Origin: Eledone cirrhosa
Lineage: Eukaryota
NCBI GenBank assembly: GCA_964016885.1
Contig: OZ024746.1
Span: forward strand, 95,666,001-95,730,000
Length of the DNA stretch: 64,000 bases
Reading direction: 5' to 3'
Made by a program: the position numbers and the translations under genes. The notes under the pieces are model-generated. The model made no database searches. It was given only the letters and a program-made list of their open reading frames with translations, and was not told the origin of the DNA. Below are positions 47,901-60,951 of this stretch, piece after piece; positions within the stretch are counted from its first letter, which is position 1, and each line of letters starts with the position of its first letter.

Positions 47901-50900
47901 CTCTCACTCTCCCCATCTCTCTCTTTCACTCACCACCTCTGTCTCTCTCCCTCTCCCCATCTCTCTCTTTCACTCACCACCTCTGTCTCTCTCCCTCTCC
48001 CCATCTCTCTCTTTCACTCACCACCTCTGTCTCTCTCACTCTCCCCATCTCTCTCTTTCACTCACCACCTCTGTCTCTCTCCCTCTCCCCATCTCTCTCT
48101 TTCACTCACCACCTCTGTCTCTCTCACTCTCCCCCATCTCTCTCTTTCACTCACCACCTCTGTCTCTCTCACTCTCCCCATCTCTCTCTTTCACTCACCA
48201 CCTCTGTCTCTCTCCCTCTCCCCATCTCTCTCTTTCACTCACTGCTTCTGTCTCTCTCCCTCTCCCCATCTCTCTCTTTCACTCACCACCTCTGTCTCTC
48301 TCACTCTCCCCATCTCTCTCTTTCACTCACCACCTCTGTCTCTCTCCCTCTCCCCATCTCTCTCTTTCACTCACCACCTCTGTCTCTCTCACTCTCCCCA
48401 TCTCTCTCTTTCACTCACCACCTCTGTCTCTCTCCCTCTCCCCATCTCTCTCTTTCACTCACCACCTCTGTCTCTCTCCCTCTCCCCATCTCTCTCTTTC
48501 ACTCACCACCTCTGTCTCTCTCACTCTCCCCATCTCTCTCTTTCACTCACCACCTCTGTCTCTCTCCCTCTCCCCATCTCTCTCTTTCACTCACCACCTC
48601 TGTCTCTCTCACTCTCCCCCATCTCTCTCTTTCACTCACCACCTCTGTCTCTCTCACTCTCCCCATCTCTCTCTTTCACTCACCACCTCTGTCTCTCTCC
48701 CTCTCCCCATCTCTCTCTTTCACTCACTGCTTCTGTCTCTCTCCCTCTCCCCATCTCTCTCTTTCACTCACCACCTCTGTCTCTCTCACTCTCCCCCATC
48801 TCTCTCTTTCACTCACCACCTCTGTCTCTCTCCCTCTCCCCATCTCTCTCTTTCACTCACTGCTTCTGTCTCTCTCCCTCTCCCCATCTCTCTCTTTCAC
48901 TCACCACCTCTGTCTCTCTCACTCTCCCCATCTCTCTCTTTCACTCACCACCTCTGTCTCTCTCCCTCTCCCCATCTCTCTCTTTCACTCACTGCTTCTG
49001 TCTCTCTCCCTCTCCCCATCTCTCTCTTTCACTCACCACCTCTGTCTCTCTCCCTCTCCCCATCTCTCTCTTTCACTCACTGCTTCTGTCTCTCTCCCTC
49101 TCCCCATCTCTCTCTTTCACTCACCACCTCTGTCTCTCTCCCTCTCCCCATCTCTCTCTTTCACTCACTGCTTCTGTCTCTCTCACTCTCCCCATCTCTC
49201 TCTTTCACTCACCACCTCTGTCTCTCTCCCTCTCCCCATCTCTCTCTTTCACTCACCACCTCTGTCTCTCTCACTCTCCCCCATCTCTCTCTTTCACTCA
49301 CCACCTCTGTCTCTCTCACTCTCCCCCATCTCTCTCTTTCACTCACCACCTCTGTCTCTCTCACTCTCCCCCATCTCTCTCTTTCACTCACCACCTCTGT
49401 CTCTCTCACTCTCCCCCATCTCTCTCTTTCACTCACCACCTCTGTCTCTCTCACTCTCCCCCATCTCTCTCTTTCACTCACCACCTCTGTCTCTCTCACT
49501 CTCCCCATCTCTCTCTTTCACTCACTGCTTCTGTCTCTCTCCCTCTCCCCATCTCTCTCTTTCACTCACCACCTCTGTCTCTCTCCCTCTCCCCATCTCT
49601 CTCTTTCACTCACTGCTTCTGTCTCTCTCACTCTCCCCATCTCTCTCTTTCACTCACTGCTTCTGTCTCTCTCCCTCTCCCCATCTCTCTCTTTCACTCA
49701 CCACCTCTGTCTCTCTCACTCTCCCCATCTCTCTCTTTCACTCACCACCTCTGTCTCTCTCACTCTCCCCCATCTCTCTCTTTCACTCACCACCTCTGTC
49801 TCTCTCACTCTCCCCCATCTCTCTCTTTCACTCACCACCTCTGTCTCTCTCACTCTCCCCCATCTCTCTCTTTCACTCACCACCTCTGTCTCTCTCACTC
49901 TCCCCCATCTCTCTCTTTCACTCACCACCTCTGTCTCTCTCACTCTCCCCCATCTCTCTCTTTCACTCACCACCTCTGTCTCTCTCACTCTCCCCCATCT
50001 CTCTCTTTCACTCACCACCTCTGTCTCTCTCACTCTCCCCCATCTCTCTCTTTCACTCACCACCTCTGTCTCTCTCACTCTCCCCCATCTCTCTCTTTCA
50101 CTCACCACCTCTGTCTCTCTCACTCTCCCCCATCTCTCTCTTTCACTCACCACCTCTGTCTCTCTCTTTCACTCACCACCTCTGTCTCTCTCCCTCTCCC
50201 CATCTCTCTCTTTCACTCACTGCTTCTGTCTCTCTCACTCTCCCCATCTCTCTCTTTCACTCACTGCTTCTGTCTCTCTCCCTCTCCCCATCTCTCTCTT
50301 TCACTCACCACCTCTGTCTCTCTCCCTCTCCCCATCTCTCTCTTTCACTCACTGCTTCTGTCTCTCTCACTCTCCCCATCTCTCTCTTTCACTCACTGCT
50401 TCTGTCTCTCTCCCTCTCCCCATCTCTCTCTTTCACTCACCACCTCTGTCTCTCTCACTCTCCCCATCTCTCTCTTTCACTCACTGCTTCTGTCTCTCTC
50501 CCTCTCCCCATCTCTCTCTTTCACTCACCACCTCTGTCTCTCTCCCTCTCCCCATCTCTCTCTTTCACTCACTGCTTCTGTCTCTCTCACTCTCCCCATC
50601 TCTCTCTTTCACTCACTGCTTCTGTCTCTCTCCCTCTCCCCATCTCTCTCTTTCACTCACCACCTCTGTCTCTCTCCCTCTCCCCATCTCTCTCTTTCAC
50701 TCACTGCTTCTGTCTCTCTCACTCTCCCCATCTCTCTCTTTCACTCACTGCTTCTGTCTCTCTCCCTCTCCCCATCTCTCTCTTTCACTCACCACCTCTG
50801 TCTCTCTCCCTCTCCCCATCTCTCTCTTTCACTCACTGCTTCTGTCTCTCTCACTCTCCCCCATCTCTCTCTTTCACTCACCACCTCTGTCTCTCTCACT

Positions 50901-51003
50901 CTCCCCCATCTCTCTCTTTCACTCACCACCTCTGTCTCTCTCACTCTCCCCCATCTCTCTCTTTCACTCACCACCTCTGTCTCTCTCACTCTCCCCATCT
51001 CTC
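44960..51003. repeat. 44/45-bp polypyrimidine minisatellite, ~135 copies (~6 kb)
   Basis: CTCTCTCTTTCACTCACCACCTCTGTCTCTCTCMCTCTCCCCAT; produces the spurious 2029-aa ORF. Confidence 0.97.
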
Positions 51004-51019
51004 ACTATTATAAGCAAAT

Positions 51020-54000
51020 GGGAGTCCATGTGTTGACCACCCATGGCCCCGGTGGACAGAATAGAGAAGGTGTTTCCCCAGAGGATGGTGAGGGAGATGC
51101 GTTGGAAGGACCATTTCAGCTCGTGAGGTTCACACCTGTGGTAGCCAACTCCGTTCCGATGGGGGTGAGTAGGGAGGTGGTCCTAGGGCCAAGGACACCA
51201 GAAGTCTCACTGCTACGGGGTGCCGATGGTGGTGAGTAGGGAGGTGGTCCTAGGGCCAAGGACACCAGAAGTCTCACTGCTACGGGGTGCCGATGGTGGT
51301 GAGTAGGGAGGTGGTCCTAGGGCCAAGGACACCAGAAGTCTCACTGCTACGGGGTGTTGATGGTGGTGAGTAGGGAGGTGGTCCTAGGGCCAAGGACACC
51401 AGAAGTCTCACTGCTACGGGGTGCCAATGGTGGTGAGTAGGGAGGTGGTCCTAGGGCCAAGGACACCAGAAGTCTCACTGCTACGGGGTGCCAATGGTGG
51501 TGAGTAGGGAGGTGGTCCTAGGGCCAAGGACACCAGAAGTCTCACTGCTACAGGGTGCTGATGGTGGTGAGTAGGGAGGTGGTCCTAGGGCCAAGGACAC
51601 CAGAAGTCTCACTGCTACGGGGTGCCGATGGTGGTGAGTAGGGAGGTGGTCCTAGGGCCAAGGACACCAGAAGTCTCCCCTGCTACGGGGTGCTGATGGT
51701 GGTGAGTAGGGAGGTGGTCCTAGAGCCAAGGACACCAGAAGTCTCCACTGCTACGGGGTGCTGATGGTGGTGAGTAGGGAGGTGGTCCTAGGGCCAAGGA
51801 CACCAGAAGTCTCACTGCTACGGGGTGCTGATGGTGGTGAGTAGGGAGGTGGTCCTAGGGCCAAGGACACCAGAAGTCTCACTGCTACGGGGTGCCAATG
51901 GTGGTGAGTAGGGAGGTGGTCCTAGGGCCAAGGACACCAGAAGTCTCACTGCTACGGGGTGCCAATGGTGGTGAGTAGGGAGGTGGTCCTAGGGCCAAGG
52001 ACACCAGAAGTCTCACTGCTACGGGGTGCCAATGGTGGTGAGTAGGGAGGTGGTCCTAGGGCCAAGGACACCAGAAGTCTCACTGCTACGGGGTGCCAAT
52101 GGTGGTGAGTAGGGAGGTGGTCCTAGGGCCAAGGACACCAGAAGTCTCACTGCTACAGGGTGCTGATGGTGGTGAGTAGGGAGGTGGTCCTAGGGCCAAG
52201 GACACCAGAAGTCTCACTGCTACGGGGTGCCGATGGTGGTGAGTAGGGAGGTGGTCCTAGGGCCAAGGACACCAGAAGTCTCACTGCTACGGGGTGCCGA
52301 TGGTGGTGAGTAGGGAGGTGGTCCTAGGGCCAAGGACACCAGAAGTCTCACTGCTACGGGGTGCCGATGGTGGTGAGTAGGGAGGTGGTCCTAGGGCCAA
52401 GGACACCAGAAGTCTCACTGCTACAGGGTGCTGATGGTGGTGAGTAGGGAGGTGGTCCTAGGGCCAAGGACACCAGAAGTCTCACTGCTACGGGGTGCCA
52501 ATGGTGGTGAGTAGGGAGGTGGTCCTAGGGCCAAGGACACCAGAAGTCTCACTGCTACGGGGTGCCAATGGTGGTGAGTAGGGAGGTGGTCCTAGGGCCA
52601 AGGACACCAGAAGTCTCACTGCTACAGGGTGCTGATGGTGGTAAGTAGGGAGGTGGTCCTAGGGCCAAGGACACCAGAAGTCTCCACTGCTACGGGGTGC
52701 CAATGGTGGTGAGTAGGGAGGTGGTCCTAGAGCCAAGGACACCAGAAGTCTCACTGCTACAGGGTGCTGATGGTGGTGAGTAGGGAGGTGGTCCTAGGGC
52801 CAAGGACACCAGAAGTCTCCACTGCTACGGGGTGCCAATGGTGGTGAGTAGGGAGGTGGTCCTAGGGCCAAGGACACCAGAAGTCTCCTCTGCTATGGGG
52901 TGCTGTTGGTGGTGAGTAGGGAGGTGGTCCTAGGGCCAAGGACACCAGAAGTCTCCACTGCTACGGGGTACCAATGGTGGTGAGTAGGGAGGTGGTCCTA
53001 GGGCCAAGGACACCAGAAGTCTCCACTGCTACGGGGTACCAATGGTGGTGAGTAGGGAGGTGGTCCTAGGGCCAAGGACACCAGAAGTCTCCACTGCTAC
53101 AGGGTGCTGATGGTGGTGAGTAGGGAAGTGGTACTAGGGCCAAGAATACTAGAAGTCTCCACTGCTACGGGGTGCTGATGGTGGTGAGTAGGGAGGTGGT
53201 CCTAGGGCCAAGGACACCAGAAGTCTCACTGCTACGGGGTGCCAATGGTGGTGAGTAGGGAGGTGGTCCTAGGGCCAAGGACACCAGAAGTCTCACTGCT
53301 ACGGGGTGCCAATGGTGGTGAGTAGGGAGGTGGTCCTAGGGCCAAGGACACCAGAAGTCTCACTGCTACAGGGTGCTGATGGTGGTGAGTAGGGAGGTGG
53401 TCCTAGGGCCAAGGACACCAGAAGTCTCCACTGCTACGGGGTGCCAATGGTGGTGAGTAGGGAGGTGGTCCTAGAGCCAAGGACACCAGAAGTCTCACTG
53501 CTACAGGGTGCTGATGGTGGTGAGTAGGGAGGTGGTCCTAGGGCCAAGGACACCAGAAGTCTCCACTGCTACGGGGTGCCAATGGTGGTGAGTAGGGAGG
53601 TGGTCCTAGAGCCAAGGACACCAGAAGTCTCACTGCTACAGGGTGCTGATGGTGGTGAGTAGGGAGGTGGTCCTAGGGCCAAGGACACCAGAAGTCTCCA
53701 CTGCTACGGGGTGCCAATGGTGGTGAGTAGGGAGGTGGTCCTAGAGCCAAGGACACCAGAAGTCTCACTGCTACAGGGTGCTGATGGTGGTGAGTAGGGA
53801 GGTGGTCCTAGGGCCAAGGACACCAGAAGTCTCCACTGCTACGGGGTGCCAATGGTGGTGAGTAGGGAGGTGGTCCTAGAGCCAAGGACACCAGAAGTCT
53901 CACTGCTACAGGGTGCTGATGGTGGTGAGTAGGGAGGTGGTCCTAGGGCCAAGGACACCAGAAGTCTCCACTGCTACGGGGTGCCAATGGTGGTGAGTAG

Positions 54001-54368
54001 GGAGGTGGTCCTAGGCCCAAGGACACCAGAAGTCTCACTGCTACAGGGTGCTGATGGTGGTGAGTAGGGAGGTGGTCCTAGGGCCAAGGACACCAGAAGT
54101 CTCCACTGCTACGGGGTGCTGATGGTGGTGAGTAGGGAGGTGGTCCTAGGCCCAAGGACACCAGAAGTCTCACTGCTACAGGGTGCTGATGGTGGTGAAT
54201 TGGGAGGTGGTCCTAGGCCCAAGGACACCAGAAGTCTCCACTGCTACGGGGTGCTGATGGTGGTGAGTAGGGAGGTGGTCCTAGGCCCAAGGACACCAGA
54301 AGTCTCACTGCTACAGGGTGCTGATGGTGGTGAGTAGGGAGGTGGTCCTAGGGCCAAGGACACCAGAA
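51020..54368 (-). mobile_element. CRE-like retrotransposon 3' end with a 67/68-bp tandem array (~47 units)
   Basis: Array ~51160-54368 is the reverse complement of the 27201 unit. Unique part (minus) translates IGTELAT..RCEPHELKWSFQRISLTILWGNTFSILSTGA (CRE-type QRISLAIxRGN motif). Confidence 0.85.
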
Positions 54369-54495
54369 CTACAGAACTATGACTGTATCACAAATCTACT
54401 TTAGTTTACTGCTAATTGTTACAATAATCTTTGGTTTAACAAATCTGCTTTTAGTTATTTTCTGCTAAATCATTACAGGATGTTAAGAGTTAACA

Positions 54496-54706
54496 AGAAA
54501 GCAAAAAAACGAGTGTGTCAGCCATGTTCTGTTATGGAAGCCTGCACACAGTCATAGAAGTAGAGGTTGTCCTGGAACAACATATCCGGATATATTATAT
54601 GCTGACATCGGAGGAAATTTAATGGATTTTGGAGTGATAATGCTAGATCAAGACAAGTGGAAAGAGTACTGTTCATTGGACCAGGGAAACTTGACTCATG
54701 AGTGAG
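54496..54706 (+). mobile_element. RTE LINE 3' fragment, (GAGT) tail, 12-bp TSD
   Basis: CVSHVLLWKPAHSHRSRGCPGTTY..IL..D...MLDQDKWK; TSD TAAGAGTTAACA at 54484-54495 and 54707-54718. Confidence 0.75.
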
Positions 54707-55389
54707 TAAGAGTTAACAGATGTTATACCAGGAATATAACACTAGCAGTAGGACCTCACATAAACATACCATTTATAACATTATTCTAACCATTTTATAT
54801 CAAAACCATAATAGAACCAGCTACATTATTCAATATTCAACTCTGTCCAAATATAAGAATTTTTTCTCTGAGTTGATCTGAAGACTAAGTTAACAATAGA
54901 TTGCAAAGTAAAATAAACATTATCCCCCTCGTACCAATTCTCAAAAGCAACTAAAAATGATGCTAATGAGTTAAGGGTTATAATTGTTTCTATTTTTTCA
55001 CAAGGCCAGTAATTATCCCAGTGCATTACTGGTACTTTATTTTATCGACCCCGTAAGGATGAAAGGCAAAGTTAATCTCGGCGGGATTTGAACTCAGATC
55101 ATAGAGGGACGTAACTCTATGTTTCAAAGCATGGTGTCCGACTCTCTACCGATACTGCCAATCCACCGCTAATGAGTTAAGGGTTATAATGATTGCTAAT
55201 TTAGGTACAAGTCTAGAAATCTGGGGTAAGAGGAAAATCAATAAAAATAACCCCAGTAATTGACTGGTACTTTATTTTATTAATCCTGGAAGGATGAAAT
55301 GTAAAGTTGATGCCAGGGTGATTTGAACTCAGAGCATAAAGGCCTGTAATTATATGTTGCAAAGTATTTTGTTCAATGCTCTACCAATA

Positions 55390-56200
55390 CTCGAAAGAGT
55401 TGAATAGAGAGGAAGTAGACAAACAAAATACACACAAGTGGCTATGAAGCACTGGACTGAAAGCTGAGACAGAGGGATTTCTGGGTGCAGCACAAGACCA
55501 AAGCCTCCCAACCAGAAACCACCATACATACATAATGAAGCAGAACATAGTAACTAACTGCAGAAGATGTGAAAGTGGGGAAGAAACAATTAACCACATT
55601 ATCTGTGGCTGCCCAGTTTTACCCAAATAGGAATACATCCAGAGACATAATAGAGTAGGGACCTACATACACTGGATATTATGCCAACACTATGACATAC
55701 CAACAGACAAAAGATGGTACAAACACACACCAGAAAATGTATCAGAGAATGACAAAGTAGCCATTCTCTGGGATATGCCAATACACACAGACAGAGATCA
55801 AGGCCAACCGACCAGATATTATAATCAAGTACTACAAAGAAACAAAATATCTTCTGATTGATGTATTTAACCCCACAGACGACAATATATCTTCCAAGGA
55901 AATAGAGAAACTCTCCAAATATAAAGATCTAGAGATAGAAATCACTCGAATGTGGATGTTGAAAATAGAACCAATACCTATAACTACAGGTGCTCTGGGA
56001 ATGATAAAAAAAGCAGACAGATACTTAACCAATACTCCAGGACTTACAAATATATACAACATACAAAAAATAACAATACTAGGCACTGCACACATATTAG
56101 GAAGATCACTCTCAATACGATAGAACAAGCACCATCAAAAACCACACTGCACATACCCAAGGTGCACAGAGTTGTGCTTGGTAATGCAGTGATAATGTGC
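55390..56200 (+). mobile_element. R4/Dong-like non-LTR retrotransposon 3' fragment (CCHC plus restriction-like endonuclease), disrupted
   Basis: LKAETEGFLGAAQDQSLPTRN...NCRRCESGEETINHIICGCPVL...ILWDMPIHTDR..KANRPDII...LLIDV..P.D.NIS.KEIEKLSKYKDL..EI.RMW...IPITTGALGMI...IQK..ILGTAHI. Confidence 0.88.
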
Positions 56201-56660
56201 AAAATAATAATTGTTTCTACTTTTGGCACAAGGCCAGCAATTACCCAGTGCATTACTGGTACTTTATTTTATCGACCCCGTAAGGATGAAAGGCAAAGTT
56301 CACCTCATCGGGATTTGAACTCAGAATGGCAAGGGCCGTAACTCTATGCATCAAAGCATGGAATCCGACCCTCTACCAATACTGCCAATCCACCGCCCTT
56401 GTGCAAATAATAATGATTTCTAGTATAGGCACAAGGCCAGTAATTTGTGGGGAGGGGAAAGTCGATTAAATTTTTGACCCCAGTGCATGACTGGTACTTT
56501 ATTTTATTGACCCCGTAAGGATGAAAGGCAAAGTTAACCATGGCGGGATTTGAACTCAGAACATAAAGGGCCATAACTCTATGCTTCAAAGCATGGTGTC
56601 CGACTCTCTACCGATACTGCCAATCCACCGCCCTAATAATAATACTACTACTACTACTAC

Positions 56661-56691
<31 letters not shown>

Positions 56692-58370
56692 TAATAATGA
56701 TGAAATCAAAGGTTTACATGTCATATAGTAATAGGTGTGTGGAGAAATATTCTAAATTTTACTGTGAAGTGAGAAGAAGAAAGTGAATCTTCACTTGTGA
56801 CTCGTTGCTTACTTCCCCAACCTAGTCAACTAGTAGTAACTTCCTGTGTTTTGAAAACCACCTTCCCTGTCTTACATTTATAATATGTACACTTCACCTG
56901 GATAAGCAGTGTTGTGATGAGCAGGAATCTTGACAAGTGTAACTACCTGTACAGAATACAAGGTAGTAATGAAAGCCAATCAATATCGGAACAATTTAGT
57001 TATGAAAATTAAAAAGGAAATATGCACTGAAAACTAGGTTATTTTTGTGGATTCTTCTTTGGTTTGCTTTTCGCAATACTTTTTTATATTGAAGTTTGTT
57101 TAATAAAGGAAAAAAAAAACTGATATGGTTATTTCCCATATCAAGATGTTTCTTTGAAGTAGATGTGTTATTATGGGGCAATTGGAAACAGTAATTTCAT
57201 TCAATCACAGTAAGGAAAATATTGTCTGCTGGGACAGCAGTATAAATATATGCGGATATTTACCAAGAAAATAAAGTAACTTTTTATTCGTTCCCATTAT
57301 GGATATATATAAAATAATTTGAGGTAAGTAAAAAGCATGTTTAATATATTTGACATATATTGTCAGGGTTTATGATATATTTTTACATAACAATATGTTG
57401 TCTCCATTTATAAAAGTTTATCATATATTTTTACATAACAATGTTTGAGGAAAAGAAATGAAAGTAGCCATTAATTCATTAATTCTCAATATAAAATTAC
57501 ATCCTCTTTCAATGTAAATATTTTTCTGTTCTCTATCAGATTCTATTTAATAGAAAATTGGATCTGAATTGCTTATCAAATGTATCTGTGTGTATATCAT
57601 GACTTATACACTGTTCACTTTCCTGACATTTGTACATTCTATGTACTATACATGCAGCTTTGATGAGTTGTAGTGCACCTGAGCACTGTACACAATAATT
57701 TCCATTATTATTATTATTATTATTATCATTATTATCAAATGTCATATTCAATTTTAAGCAACAAATAAATTTAGTTATTTTTTAAGTTAAAGGAAAGGAA
57801 AAGTATGTTTATACATATTTCCATTTATTTTATTTTAACTCTTTTGATACTAAACCACCCGATTCCATTCTCTGGTTTTACTTTAAGAAGCTGTTTATTT
57901 TCAAGTGTTTATATTTATCAAAGAAACCTTCCACCACAATTTTACAGAAGAACCTTTGTCAAGTTAAGCTCTAAACACAGACTTAATAATGATGAAGTTA
58001 GTTACATAGTATTTCCCTCTAAATTTTCAATTATTTTCAAAATGATTTGAAAATTATAATGACTTTCATTAGAAATAATTTAACAAAAGAGTTAATTAGT
58101 TATACAATCAATGATATTGATATATCATTGATATTTACTATTTTTGGCAATATTAGGACAACATGTCCCTCCCCAAATATAGCAATATCTGTTTCAACAC
58201 ATGATTTTGTATCAAAAACCTTGCAAAACAAATAAATTGCCACCAGATATTGATACTGTGTTTTAAAATATATTTTTTATGTAATATTGTTTGTGTGAGG
58301 CACATTTAATATTTTCATCATAAACATTTGTAAACTACTAAGATTCTGTTGTAGATTTAATCATTTAGTG

Positions 58371-58702
58371 CACAGGTTCTCAAAGTGAGTACTACCCTCC
58401 CCCCCAGGGGGTTTTGAGAAGGTCCAGGGGATGTTGGGGCCAAAGGGGGTAGTAGGGATGATATACTAGTATATTAAATACCAAATGAAACATATATATA
58501 AATATAGTAAAATAAAAAATATATAATATCTATTTATACATAATATATATATTATTTATTATATATGAATTAACGATTTAATTTATTATATGTTATTTAC
58601 AATTTGCGTGTAGGTAGGTCTCTCTGGAAATATGGGTGGGGGGCGCTGAGGGTATTACATGACCGTGAGGGGGCGGTGGCCCTAAAAGTTTAAGAACCTC
58701 TG
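58371..58702. mobile_element. hAT non-autonomous element
   Basis: 8-bp TSD ATTTAGTG (58363-58370 and 58703-58710); TIRs CACAGGTTCTCAAA / TTTAAGAACCTCTG. Confidence 0.85.
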
Positions 58703-58866
58703 ATTTAGTGTAACTCCGTATAGTATAGTTTCAAAATAACTTATTTCCACATGTTATAATAGGTGGCAAGTTGGCAGTCATTAGAATAGCTTCCCAATAT
58801 TTGATTTGGCTTTCTACACTCTGATTTCAAATTCCTCTATGGTTAACTTTCATCATTTTGAGATCA

Positions 58867-59592
58867 GTAAACTCTCCAAATATTAGTCGCTCTCTGATAG
58901 GTTTGCGGCCAAGCCCTTAGCAGTGGAGACTTCTGGTGTCCTTGGCCCTAGGACCATCTCCCTACTCACCCCCATCAGCACCCCATAGCAGTGGAGACTT
59001 CTGGTGTCCTTGGCCCTAGGACCACCTCCCTACTCACCCCCATCAGCACCCCATAGCAGTGGAGACTTCTGGTGTCCTTGGCCCTAGGACCACCTCCCTA
59101 CTCACCACCATCAGCACCCCGTAGCAGTGGAGACTTCTGGTGTCCTTGGCCCTAGGACCACCTCCCTACTCACCACCATCAGCACCCATAGCAGTGGAGA
59201 CTTCTGGTGTCCTTGACCCTAGGACCACCTCCCTACTCACCCCCATCACCACCCCTTAGCAGTGGAGACTTCTGGTGTCCTTGGCCCTAGGACCACCTCC
59301 CTACTCACCCCCATCAGCACCCATTAGCAGTGGAGACTTCTGGTGTCCTTGGCCCTAGGACCACCTCCCTACTCACCCCCATCAGCACCCCTTAGCAGTG
59401 GAGACTTCTGGTGTCCTTGGCCCTAGGACCACCTCCCTACTCACCACCATTGGCACAGAGTTGGCTACCCGCAGGTGTGAGCCTCGTGAGCTGGAATGGC
59501 TCTTCCAATGAATCACCCTCACCGTCCTCCAGGAAAACACCTTCTCTATTCTGTCCACCGGAGCTGCAGGGTTGTCAGCACTTGGGCCCCCA
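58867..59592 (+). mobile_element. CRE-like retrotransposon 3' end with a 68-bp array (8 units)
   Basis: KLSKY*SLSDRFAAKPLAVETSGVLGPRT.. [array 58920-59450] ..TTIGTELATRRCEPRELEWLFQ*ITLTVLQENTFSILSTGA; ends in (TA)n. Confidence 0.85.
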
Positions 59593-59678
59593 TATATATA
59601 TGCAGGATGTATATATATCACTCTACACATGTATTGAGCTTTGTTTTTCCCGTTTGTACAACTACACATATATATTGT

Positions 59679-59721
<43 letters not shown>

Positions 59722-60186
59722 TATACATATATATACATATATATATTTCAAAACATATCAAATGTTTGATTTTTGTGCTTCTCAATAAAAAAGCTCAATA
59801 GATTTTGTACAGAGCTATAATAATTCAAAGTAAAACATATATGTATATATATATAGAGAGAGAAAGGATATATGGTCTTTTCTCTCTCTCTATATATACA
59901 ATATATCTTTTACTTTTGAAATATATATATATATTAAAAGTCGATTGACATATATATAAAAAGACATATCAAGCATTGACAGGGGATAATTTGTAAAGAG
60001 TGTAAGAACACATAGTTACAGAGGTATAATATTAAAATTTTTAACGAAAACTTCATATATATATATCATCATCATCATCATCATCGTTTAACGTCCATCT
60101 TCCACGCTAGCATGGGTTAGACGGTTTTGTTTCCTTTGATGCGGGAATGGTCGGGAGACCATGTCTTGCTCACATATATATATATG

Positions 60187-60280
60187 AAATAATTAAGTCA
60201 AATATGTAAAATTTGGCTTCGTTTATTATAAATTATATATTTAAATGAAGCCAAATTTTACATATTTGACTTAATTATTT
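60187..60280. repeat. Inverted repeat, 39-bp arms, 16-nt spacer
   Basis: AAATAATTAAGTCAAATATGTAAAATTTGGCTTCGTTTA versus TAAATGAAGCCAAATTTTACATATTTGACTTAATTATTT (one G-T). Confidence 0.9.
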
Positions 60281-60421
60281 TACATTACTCCGGAGTAAAC
60301 AAACCAACCTACGTACTTCGTCGAGTGCTCCAATCTGCATACTGAGGTGTCGGTAAACAACCAACATATACTCAATATATATATAATATAAGATCAAAAG
60401 ATGGTTAAAAGAGTTCCATGT

Positions 60422-60490
60422 ATTTTATTATGCGCATTTCAAAAACAAATATCATCATGGGATGATATTTGCGTTCTCATCAGATAAAAT
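60422..60490 (-). ncRNA. Type-I hammerhead ribozyme with long stem II and palindromic stem III
   Basis: Minus strand AUUUUAU-CUGAUGA-GAACGCAAAUAUCAUC-ccau-GAUGAUAUUUGUUUUU-GAAA-UGCGC-AUA-AUAAAAU. Perfect 7-bp stem I, ~15-bp stem II, self-complementary AUGCGCAU, AUA triplet; predicted cut between 60429 and 60428. Confidence 0.85.
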
Positions 60491-60553
60491 AGGGAGACAT
60501 GATATGAAGCTTAAAAAACACTTGCGAGCAGTGAAGTGTTAAATCAACATATC

Positions 60554-60615
<62 letters not shown>

Positions 60616-60911
60616 AGGGTTGACGGACCCAGCATATTTATCAATGCCAGTACCGGTTGTATCTCAGCACACTCATATATATATACCTGGCGATAATAAT
60701 CATCATTTTCCTTCATACATATTCCATTATATCTGAAACATATTTCACCATTTAGAATATCAATGTTTGATATATCTTGTTATACATGTGTCAATCAACT
60801 TTTAATTTTTAATAAATGCTTGAATCTATTCATTAGAATCTTTGAGCTTTGTCTTCAGGTGATATGGCGCAAGTCTGATTTTCTCAGACATGACTTCTAT
60901 AAGTTTGTTAG

Positions 60912-60949
<38 letters not shown>

Positions 60950-60951
<2 letters not shown>

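Noticed and set aside
44947-51036. 2029-aa ORF
   Set aside because: Translation of a 44/45-bp pyrimidine-rich satellite that lacks stop codons; no domain or splice evidence.
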